A DNA stretch of 64,000 nt from a virus, in the IMG/VR virus record IMGVR_UViG_3300044732_000293, positions 1 through 64,000 of that record; one strand, given 5' to 3'. The translations under genes and the position numbers were made by a program. Shown in pieces: positions 11,296-19,100 of this stretch (position 1 is its first letter; every line of letters begins with the position of its first letter). The notes below the pieces were generated by a model. The model saw only the letters and a program-made list of their open reading frames with translations, had not been told where the DNA came from and searched no databases.

Positions 11296-12330
11296 ATGGC
11301 AATAAGTTTTCCTTCTTCTCCATCAACAGGTGATCAGTTTCCAGCATCAAACGGAAGAGTTTATCTTTGGGATGGTACTTGGACTACTAAAGCAGATACT
11401 ACAACACCTAATCCTTTTGCAGCTAAGCCGTTTAAGTTTAGATCTATTTACACAAGAGGATATATGGCAGGAGGTTATAAAAATGCATCTCCATGGAAAA
11501 ATCTTAATAGAACTGTACATTCTACAGATATTACAACAAACCTTGGAGATCAGATAGATTATGGTGGTGCATATGTAGATGCGGGTCATAGTGATTATAA
11601 CATGTTTATATATGGTCTTGATGATGCTTTTTCTGGAGCTAGTACACATACATCTTCTATTAGTATGCTTACAGAAGTTAAAAGAACACATGACTCTAGT
11701 TGGAATACTAAAACTACAAGAGATGATGTTGGATGTATAATGAACTCAACATTGACAATGGCTTACATTACAGCCGGGGGATCAACAGCTACAGATAAAC
11801 ATAATTATGTTACAGAAGTAATGTATAATGCTGGATCTGCTCCAGCTGGTCCTACAGCTGGAGATACGTATGGTAACGTAGCAGCGTGGCAAGGAGAGTT
11901 TAAAGGTTGGATTTGGAAAACGGGTCAAGGTGGAAACTTTACGTTTGCTACTGAAACCTGGAGTTCTGGTGGTACGACTGTAGCTACAGATGGATGGGGT
12001 AAAGGATTATCTACTAAGCATGGACATGCTTATGTAAAAAATGGGGGTAACATTGTAACAGGTGCTTATAAGTTAAATGATACTTCTGGTGCTCAAATAA
12101 GAACTGACTTAAACTTTGATAACTCTGGAGAGGAAAATTATCAAACTGGACAAAACTGGGGATACTGTGTTGGTCATTATAACGGTGCTCAAAATAATAA
12201 TACCTATAAGGTACATTCAATAACAGATGTTTATACAGTACTAGGATCTGATTCTCAACCAAAAGGACATGACGGTGCGTCATCCGGAGGGTGTGCGTCA
12301 GCTAGTGCGTTAATTTTAGGAGGACTATAA
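11296..12330 (+). CDS. Kelch-like beta-propeller protein A with N-terminal FPSSPSTG..WDGTW module
   Basis: Repeating aromatic-GG blades (GYMAGGY, AYITAGG); clear paralogue of the next ORF. Confidence 0.55.
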   Translation: MAISFPSSPSTGDQFPASNGRVYLWDGTWTTKADTTTPNPFAAKPFKFRSIYTRGYMAGGYKNASPWKNLNRTVHSTDITTNLGDQIDYGGAYVDAGHSDYNMFIYGLDDAFSGASTHTSSISMLTEVKRTHDSSWNTKTTRDDVGCIMNSTLTMAYITAGGSTATDKHNYVTEVMYNAGSAPAGPTAGDTYGNVAAWQGEFKGWIWKTGQGGNFTFATETWSSGGTTVATDGWGKGLSTKHGHAYVKNGGNIVTGAYKLNDTSGAQIRTDLNFDNSGEENYQTGQNWGYCVGHYNGAQNNNTYKVHSITDVYTVLGSDSQPKGHDGASSGGCASASALILGGL

Positions 12331-12331
12331 T

Positions 12332-13369
12332 ATGGCATTTTCATTTCCATCATCACCAAGTACAGGAACGTTATTTACAGCTCCTAGTGGTGTTATGTAT
12401 GTTTGGGACGGAAGTTGGACAACAATGGGAGACACTCAAGCGTCTAACCCATTCAGTAATAGTTTTTTATATAGATCTATTTATACAAAAGGATACATGA
12501 ATGGTGGATATAAAAATAGTTCTCCTTGGAGGAATGTTAATAAAACTATTCATTCTACAGATATGACAACTAACTTAGGAGATAAGTTAGTTTATAATAG
12601 TAGTTACGTTGGTGGAGGATTTAGTGATTATAATAGTTATATTTATCCTAGTACAGGAGCTGTTGGTGGTGCTGGTACAATTGTAGAATCTATGAACATG
12701 GCTAATGAAACAATGTTTGCATTAGACTCAGCTAGATATTTAAAAACTACACGTAGTGACTGTGAAGCTTTAATGACACCTGCTTTAACAGCTGCATATA
12801 TAGTTGGTGGTGGTACTACTGCAGTTGACAGACATAACTTTACTACAGATATTATGTTTTCTGCAGGAACAGCTCCAGCATCTCCATTAAGTGGAGGTAC
12901 AGGTGGAGGTCTTGGTTCTTTATTTGGTAGATTTAAAGCTTGGATTTCTCAAGGTGCAGGATCATCATTTACTTGGGCTACAGAAACATGGGCTACAGGA
13001 GGAATGAGCTGGGCAACAGATGGTCAACCTAAAGGTTTATCTAGTAAACATGGTCATGGTTATGGTGGAGTAGGTAGTTATCCCGGTTCTTCTTATGTTT
13101 ATAAGTTTAGTGAAGCAACAGGTTCAAATCTTGCTACAGTTAATAGAGCTAAAAATAATGGTGAAGAAAACTGGCAGATAGGTCAAAACTGGGGATATAT
13201 GCTTGGGGCATATGATTCATCACCTCTTGGTCAGAATAATGATGCTGAAAGAATTAATTATTTAACTGATACATACACACAATTAGGTAGTGACACTCAA
13301 CCAAAAGGTCATGATGGGGCATCCTCAGGATCTTGTGCTACAGGTTCAGCAGCATTTGTTGGTTACTAA
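12332..13369 (+). CDS. Kelch-like beta-propeller protein B (paralogue of A)
   Basis: Shares RSIYT.GYM.GGYKN.SPW, KGLS.KHGH, GEEN.Q.GQNWGY and QPKGHDGASSG with 11296-12330. Confidence 0.55.
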   Translation: MAFSFPSSPSTGTLFTAPSGVMYVWDGSWTTMGDTQASNPFSNSFLYRSIYTKGYMNGGYKNSSPWRNVNKTIHSTDMTTNLGDKLVYNSSYVGGGFSDYNSYIYPSTGAVGGAGTIVESMNMANETMFALDSARYLKTTRSDCEALMTPALTAAYIVGGGTTAVDRHNFTTDIMFSAGTAPASPLSGGTGGGLGSLFGRFKAWISQGAGSSFTWATETWATGGMSWATDGQPKGLSSKHGHGYGGVGSYPGSSYVYKFSEATGSNLATVNRAKNNGEENWQIGQNWGYMLGAYDSSPLGQNNDAERINYLTDTYTQLGSDTQPKGHDGASSGSCATGSAAFVGY

Positions 13370-13389
13370 TTAATATATTTGTACATTTG
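13355..13389 (+). promoter_or_regulatory. Bacteroidota-type promoter (TTTG ... TATATTTG/TACATTTG)
   Basis: TTTG at 13355-13358 and tandem TAnnTTTG at 13374-13381 and 13382-13389, upstream of the ATG at 13416. Confidence 0.55.
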
Positions 13390-13415
13390 TAAAAATGTAT
13401 TTAAACTAATATAGA

Positions 13416-13958
13416 ATGAAATATTTTATTGTAAGATTTTATAAAGAAGTTCCTCAAATTACAGGAATGACTTCTATTGGTTGGCTTGACTCATATGGTA
13501 TTTTTTCTGCTACTGCTGAAGCAGAAGCTGAATTACTTACTTTAAATCTTAGTATGGAAGAACTTACTGAAGATGAAGCTTTAATTGGATCTAAATTTTA
13601 TAGTATTTCAAGAGAGTTTCGTAAAGCTTATTCTGCAGTAGAAGGACTAGAGCCAGATGAAGAAGGTGGTTCTAAAACTAAGGTTTATCATACAGACCAT
13701 ACTAAAGCCGTTACTCTTAGCTTAATGAAGAAGATTGCTAAGCGTAGAGTTGTAGATGAGTTTAATCGTAGAGAAAATCAAACTGGTAAAGAAAGTATTC
13801 TTACTTCTATTGATGCTGCTGCTACTATTTGGGACTTAAATATTCTTAGAGAAGATTTATTAGGTGTAGAAATGCCTTTATATCAAGCTCAAGAAATGGG
13901 ATTGCTTAATGAAAATGGTATACGTATTGTACCTGTTGATTATAGTAAAGGATTTTAA
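13416..13958 (+). CDS. Hypothetical acidic protein, possibly an assembly chaperone
   Basis: 180-aa ORF; the function is inferred from context only. Confidence 0.45.
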   Translation: MKYFIVRFYKEVPQITGMTSIGWLDSYGIFSATAEAEAELLTLNLSMEELTEDEALIGSKFYSISREFRKAYSAVEGLEPDEEGGSKTKVYHTDHTKAVTLSLMKKIAKRRVVDEFNRRENQTGKESILTSIDAAATIWDLNILREDLLGVEMPLYQAQEMGLLNENGIRIVPVDYSKGF

Positions 13959-13979
13959 TTAATAACAAAAAACCAATTT

Positions 13980-14849
13980 ATGAGAAAAGTGAAGATGCTA
14001 CTAGCAGCTTTATTTGTTACTGTATTGTCATTTGGTCAATATAGTAACAGTGCAATTAGACAAGGAACTGAAGAAGCTCTTAAGTCTCAGGATACAACTA
14101 AAAATGAGTTACAAGCTATAGTTGTAATTGCAAAGAAGGTACCGTTGATGACTAAGGTGGGTCCTTACAATCAACCTCTTTGGACAACAATTAGAATGTT
14201 TCCATCTACTAGAGTTTATGTAATGAACCCTCCAGGTACTGCAATGTATGAGAAGTGGTTTGATGTTAGACAGAGAAGAAATGGTGCAGCTCAAATTAGA
14301 ATGAGAGATGAATTTACATTTGGTTTAGGTAAAAGACTTCAATTAGATCTTTATTCTCATACAGTGTATGATGGTTTAAATGGAGATAAGACTTTTAAAT
14401 GGAGAGGATTTTCTTGGGAGTTTAGATATGCTTTAGCTGACTGGGGTAAGATTTGGGGTAACCCAACTCTTTACTATGAGATGAAAATGTTAGATGGTCG
14501 TTGGGGCATTGAACCTAAATTATTACTAGGTGATAAGATTGGTAAAAAAGGAGTATGGGGATTTAATGCTATTTATGAAGGTAATTTAGCTAGCACTAAA
14601 GAAGAGCAGGAAAGAGAATATGCTTATACAGCATCTTATGCTAATATAATTAATAATGATTTGTCTCTTGGTGTATCACATATGTTTAGATATAATGACT
14701 ATGAGGGTGGTTCAGAAGAGTGGTATGTTGGTCCGTTAGTTCAATATCGTTTTAGTAACAAAGGTTATTTAAACATTGAGCATATGCCAGGTCTTAACCA
14801 AGATGCAAAACAATCAAGAACTTTAATTATTTTTGGCTGGAGATTTTAA
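13980..14849 (+). CDS. Outer-membrane beta-barrel protein with signal peptide
   Basis: Sec signal peptide (MRKVKMLLAALFVTVLSFG/Q), alternating amphipathic beta strands rich in aromatics, and a C-terminal ...LIIFGWRF BAM-type signal. Confidence 0.75.
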   Translation: MRKVKMLLAALFVTVLSFGQYSNSAIRQGTEEALKSQDTTKNELQAIVVIAKKVPLMTKVGPYNQPLWTTIRMFPSTRVYVMNPPGTAMYEKWFDVRQRRNGAAQIRMRDEFTFGLGKRLQLDLYSHTVYDGLNGDKTFKWRGFSWEFRYALADWGKIWGNPTLYYEMKMLDGRWGIEPKLLLGDKIGKKGVWGFNAIYEGNLASTKEEQEREYAYTASYANIINNDLSLGVSHMFRYNDYEGGSEEWYVGPLVQYRFSNKGYLNIEHMPGLNQDAKQSRTLIIFGWRF

Positions 14850-14860
14850 ATAAAACAACA

Positions 14861-15574
14861 ATGGAAAAACAAGACGTTATAAAACTAGCAGAAAGTCATG
14901 GTGGATGGAGTATGAGTGATTTTCAAAGTAGATACTTTGTAGTTAATTCACAAGTAACTGATTATCGTAGAGTTAGACAAGCTTTACTAGAAATTGAAAC
15001 ACGTATTGCTGCTAAGAAACAAATTATCCGTGATACTAAAAGATCACAGGTTAAACTAAAGATTAAAGAAAAAGAGCTTGTAGCTCAATTAGATGATCTT
15101 GAAAAAGAACTTATTCTTTTAGACATAGATCAACTTCAGTATGATATTTCTGTATATGAAAAGAAGTTAAGAATTGTAGAAGAAGAGCTTGACGAGTTTG
15201 CAAAACTTGTTGTTGAGATTGTTCCTACTATAGAAGAGTTAGAGACATATAAAGAACATAATGATGAGCTTGAAAGAGAGTATTGGATTTCCCGTATGGC
15301 AAAACAAGCTAGTGTAGATATGATAACCACTGGAAGAATTGGTGCTGGTAATTTAGACTCAATTGCTATGATGGCATCACAAGATCAAGTTTTAACTATT
15401 GGTTCTGCTTTGTTAAACTCAAAGAAGCTTACTGCAGGTATTAATAAGATTGAACAAGCTCTTGATACTAATACCAGTCTTCTTGAAAGTAGTTTTTCTG
15501 GATTGTTTGAGAAGAGTGATTTTGTTAAACTGTTATCTGAAAAAAAGGAAAAAACGGATGGCCAAGATATTTAG
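14861..15574 (+). CDS. Coiled-coil protein, 237 aa
   Basis: Long heptad-like E/K/L-rich helix in the central part; overlaps the start of the U32 gene by 17 nt. Confidence 0.6.
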   Translation: MEKQDVIKLAESHGGWSMSDFQSRYFVVNSQVTDYRRVRQALLEIETRIAAKKQIIRDTKRSQVKLKIKEKELVAQLDDLEKELILLDIDQLQYDISVYEKKLRIVEEELDEFAKLVVEIVPTIEELETYKEHNDELEREYWISRMAKQASVDMITTGRIGAGNLDSIAMMASQDQVLTIGSALLNSKKLTAGINKIEQALDTNTSLLESSFSGLFEKSDFVKLLSEKKEKTDGQDI

Positions 15575-17168
15575 TCTACCAATCAATCCTAAGTTATCTG
15601 AAAAACAGTTTATAGAGTTTGTAGAGTTTTGTGACAAGTATAAAGACTATATTTCAGATCTATACTTTACATGTAGAGTTCCTCCATTTACACAAGATGC
15701 TATGGGTGATCTTTTTACTTCTAAGGATGATCCTCAGTATATGATTGATGTAGCACTTTATATTCAAGAAAGAACAGGAATAACAGCTTCTGCTACTTTT
15801 AATAATATATCGGTTAGACCAACACAGGAAAATTTAGATCTTTGGATTGAATCTTTTAAACCTATATATACTAAAGGAGTTAGATTATGTACACTACCTT
15901 TTAATCATTGGTTGTTAACTGGTCAGATTCAAAAAGAGTTTCCAGAGTTAGAAGTTAGAGCTTCTATATTGATGGATACAAAGACAGCCACAGATGCTTA
16001 TAATGTAGTGACAAGTGGTTTTCATTCTGTATGTATTGATAGAGCTCTAATGAGAGATCAAGATACTATAAAGAAGATAGTTAAGATAAAACGTAAAAAA
16101 CCTTTTAAACTTGTATTATTAGCTAATGAAGGTTGTTTAGGTAAATGTCCAGTGATGTCTGAGCATTACCATTATAATAATACTAGAACAACTGATAGTC
16201 AGTATTTTAACAATCCTATTAGTAGAGTGTCATGTCCAATGTGGGATGTTACTAATAAAGCGGTTGTATTAAAAACTGCAGATATCCCAGCTTGGAAAGA
16301 AGACTGGGATGAGTTTCTTGATATGGGAGTAGATATCTTTAAGATGCATGGTAGAGAAAACGTTAAGAAGATATATGATTCCATGAATATTGTCAGAAAC
16401 TACGCAGAGAATAAGACTATGTTATATGACATAAATCTTAAGATTAGTGAAGACAATGCTGCTAAGTGGAGGAAGATTATTAAAACCTGTCAGTTTGAAT
16501 GTTGGAGTTGTAACTTCTGTGATAGAATAGCTGGTGGTGAGTTAGATAAAAAAGCAGTTAGTGTTGCAAATATTCTAGTTGATAGCGTTAACTCAGATTT
16601 TGAAACAACAGTTCCAGGATTATCTAGTCCTAGAATTGATAAGCTTTTAAATGAACTTGGTAAAATATCAACAGGCTATTTAGAAATTGGTTGTCTTGGT
16701 GGTAGAACTTTTTCTAGTACTATTGCTGGTAATAAGTTAAATGCGTATGCTGTAGATAACTGGAAAGAAGGAGTAGCTGCAGAGAATAACTCTATTGATA
16801 TAACTGTTACCAAAGAAGACTTTGTTAAGAATATTCTACCATATAAAGGAGAGAATAAAATCAAAGTGTTTAACTGTGACTATATTGATGTAGATAAAAC
16901 CAATATTAAAGATATAGATTTATTTCTATATGATGGAGATCACTCACATAATAGTACAAGACTTGCAGTAGAGTATTTTGCAGACACATTTGCAGAAGAA
17001 TGTATTTTAGTTTTTGATGATGCTAATTGGGAAGGTGTAGTAAGTGGTGCTCTTGCAGGTATAGAAAAAGCTGGTTTAACTATTCAGTATGAGAAAAAAC
17101 TATTGAATAGTATAGAGGATAAAGATATGTGGTGGAATGGATTGTATATAGTGGTTGTTAAAAAGTAA
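15558..17168 (+). CDS. Peptidase-U32-family (Fe-S hydroxylase-like) domain fused to a class I SAM methyltransferase (Methyltransf_24-like)
   Basis: The likely start is the ATG at 15558 (MAKIFSLP), not 15450. U32-like motifs: LANEGCLGKCP..H, SCP, VDIFKMHGRE, plus CQFECWSCNFC. C-terminal MTase motifs: YLEIGCLGG, AVDNW, YDGDHS, VFDDANW. Confidence 0.75.
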   Translation: MAKIFSLPINPKLSEKQFIEFVEFCDKYKDYISDLYFTCRVPPFTQDAMGDLFTSKDDPQYMIDVALYIQERTGITASATFNNISVRPTQENLDLWIESFKPIYTKGVRLCTLPFNHWLLTGQIQKEFPELEVRASILMDTKTATDAYNVVTSGFHSVCIDRALMRDQDTIKKIVKIKRKKPFKLVLLANEGCLGKCPVMSEHYHYNNTRTTDSQYFNNPISRVSCPMWDVTNKAVVLKTADIPAWKEDWDEFLDMGVDIFKMHGRENVKKIYDSMNIVRNYAENKTMLYDINLKISEDNAAKWRKIIKTCQFECWSCNFCDRIAGGELDKKAVSVANILVDSVNSDFETTVPGLSSPRIDKLLNELGKISTGYLEIGCLGGRTFSSTIAGNKLNAYAVDNWKEGVAAENNSIDITVTKEDFVKNILPYKGENKIKVFNCDYIDVDKTNIKDIDLFLYDGDHSHNSTRLAVEYFADTFAEECILVFDDANWEGVVSGALAGIEKAGLTIQYEKKLLNSIEDKDMWWNGLYIVVVKK

Positions 17169-17170
17169 TT

Positions 17171-18043
17171 ATGGAAGTATTAATTAAATTATTAGATGGT
17201 ATATGGTTTGTCCCTTTTGTGGCAGGTATTATGTTTTTAACTAATATAATTAATGCCAAGGGATACTTTGTACCGTTTTATAAGTTTTTGGAAAAGAAGA
17301 TAAAGTCTAAAAGATTACTGATTGCTTTAATTAGTGCAGTGTCTGGAGTACTTCCAGTTCCAGGTAGAGTTATAATTAGTGCAGGGGCACTTGATACGTT
17401 AGCACCAAATGATGATAGAAAAAAGAAGTATGGTATAATAAACTATCTATCTACTCATCATTATTATCTCTGGTCTCCATTGGAAGCTACGGTATTAATT
17501 CCACTTTCTGTATTAGGTATAAGTTACTTTTACTTATTATCTATAGTTGCTCCTTTGCTAATAACTATTATTGGGATTACACTATATTACATATTTTATG
17601 TTCTTAAAGAAGATGATATTGTAATAAGTAAAATAGAGCATAAAAAAGATAAGACTATAAAAAATATAAAGTGGGATGTGGTAATGCTGACAGCTTTGGT
17701 TATTATTCTAGGCAATGGAATAAAGATGTACTCAGATACTATTGTAAACTTTCTTATGTCTTTTAATAGTGGTGTGTTTTTTGCATCTATTATAGCTTTT
17801 ATAAGCAGTTTTGTTTTAGGATCTAGTAGTAAGTTTGCAGGAATAACTACATTGTTAGTTACAGTTTTTGGTCTGAATTACTTACCACTATTTTTTGCAT
17901 TAGGTTATTCTGGTTATTTAGTAAGTCCAATGCACAAATGTTTGGTAATTACAAAAAGTTACTTTAACTTAAGTATAGAGCTATATAAGATCCTACTTCT
18001 TATAGGGGCAGTTTTAGTTACAGTAGGATATTTGTTAGTATAA
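17171..18043 (+). CDS. Polytopic inner-membrane permease, DUF401 / IT-superfamily-like
   Basis: About 8-9 hydrophobic segments; SGVLPVPG, THHYYLWSPLE and GYLVSPMHKCLV..SYF resemble DUF401 signatures. Confidence 0.65.
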   Translation: MEVLIKLLDGIWFVPFVAGIMFLTNIINAKGYFVPFYKFLEKKIKSKRLLIALISAVSGVLPVPGRVIISAGALDTLAPNDDRKKKYGIINYLSTHHYYLWSPLEATVLIPLSVLGISYFYLLSIVAPLLITIIGITLYYIFYVLKEDDIVISKIEHKKDKTIKNIKWDVVMLTALVIILGNGIKMYSDTIVNFLMSFNSGVFFASIIAFISSFVLGSSSKFAGITTLLVTVFGLNYLPLFFALGYSGYLVSPMHKCLVITKSYFNLSIELYKILLLIGAVLVTVGYLLV

Positions 18044-18054
18044 AATTTTAATTA

Positions 18055-18900
18055 ATGCCATTACAATCATCAGGTGCTATAAGCATCAGTCAAATAAGAA
18101 CAGAACTAGGATCTAGTTCATATAGTCTTAGAACACTATCTGCGGCTGCTGGTAAATCTACACCAGATGCTATGAGTGAGTTTTATGGGTATAGTAATGT
18201 ATCATGGCCTAGTGGTATGACAGCTAGATATGATGTTGCTAACTATACAGGTAGTACAATACCTGACTCAACAGGCAATGGATATACTATGTCAGTATCA
18301 GGAGTAACTTATGTTTCAAACGGTGGTAATCCGTATATACAAACAGCTATTGGTTCTTCTAATCAATCTATTACTGGTAACTCTTCTTTATATGGATCTG
18401 ATTTTACTTGGTGTACAGCATTAGCTATAACAGGATCAAACGGTGACTGGGGTAGTTTCTGGTGGTCAGAAGCTGGATCTAAAAACTTTTTATCTGCTCA
18501 CTATGCTCCAAACTGGAACCAAACAAGTTCATGGTTTCCAAGATTTGACACAGCAAGTGCGTCATACGTTCCTTGGAACAGTGGTATGGGTACAACTAAC
18601 AACGGTACTAGTCCAGTTAGTGCATCTGCAGATTATATATCAACAAGTCCTATGCATTTGTTAACTATTAGAAAAAGTGGTAATACTCTTACATGGTGGG
18701 ATAACACTACTTGTATTTGGACTTTTACAGGGTTTAGTACATTTAGTATTGGTGCACCTAATCAGGAGGTAGGATTTTTAAACAGAAATGGCGGTGGTTA
18801 TGTAACTCCAGCTAAATGGAGATTTATGGGAATGTTTAATAGAGCATTATCTGATGCTGAAATCGGTACTGTACAAACTTTAATGACATCTTATTCTTAA
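18055..18900 (+). CDS. Fibre-tip adhesin with ConA/LamG-like domain
   Basis: N-terminal MPLQSSGAISISQIRTELG...MSEFYG motif typical of fibre-tip proteins; C-terminal LamG-like ...FNRALSDAEI. Confidence 0.7.
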   Translation: MPLQSSGAISISQIRTELGSSSYSLRTLSAAAGKSTPDAMSEFYGYSNVSWPSGMTARYDVANYTGSTIPDSTGNGYTMSVSGVTYVSNGGNPYIQTAIGSSNQSITGNSSLYGSDFTWCTALAITGSNGDWGSFWWSEAGSKNFLSAHYAPNWNQTSSWFPRFDTASASYVPWNSGMGTTNNGTSPVSASADYISTSPMHLLTIRKSGNTLTWWDNTTCIWTFTGFSTFSIGAPNQEVGFLNRNGGGYVTPAKWRFMGMFNRALSDAEIGTVQTLMTSYS

Positions 18901-18918
18901 CTATAACATTATATTATT

Positions 18919-19080
18919 ATGACTTACTCTTTTAATTTTAATTTAAAACTATTTATTAAGTATATCTTAGTTGTTTTATTTTCTTTAATGATAGTAAAAT
19001 TATTAACTTTTACTCCTGGTAAAATGATTATTACTAATCCAATTCACAGGATCTCAGCTGATTCTGTAAACGCATTCTAA
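18919..19080 (+). CDS. Small single-pass membrane protein, 53 aa (below the ORF-track cutoff)
   Basis: ATG at 18919 to TAA at 19080 fills the gap between adjacent genes; hydrophobic stretch YILVVLFSLMIVKLLTF. Confidence 0.5.
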   Translation: MTYSFNFNLKLFIKYILVVLFSLMIVKLLTFTPGKMIITNPIHRISADSVNAF

Positions 19081-19100
19081 TATAATATAAATACTTTTTA

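Noticed and set aside
15450-15557. N-terminal 36 aa of the 572-aa ORF as listed in the track
   Set aside because: It overlaps the upstream gene by 125 nt and reads as off-frame sequence; the ATG at 15558 gives the usual short overlap.
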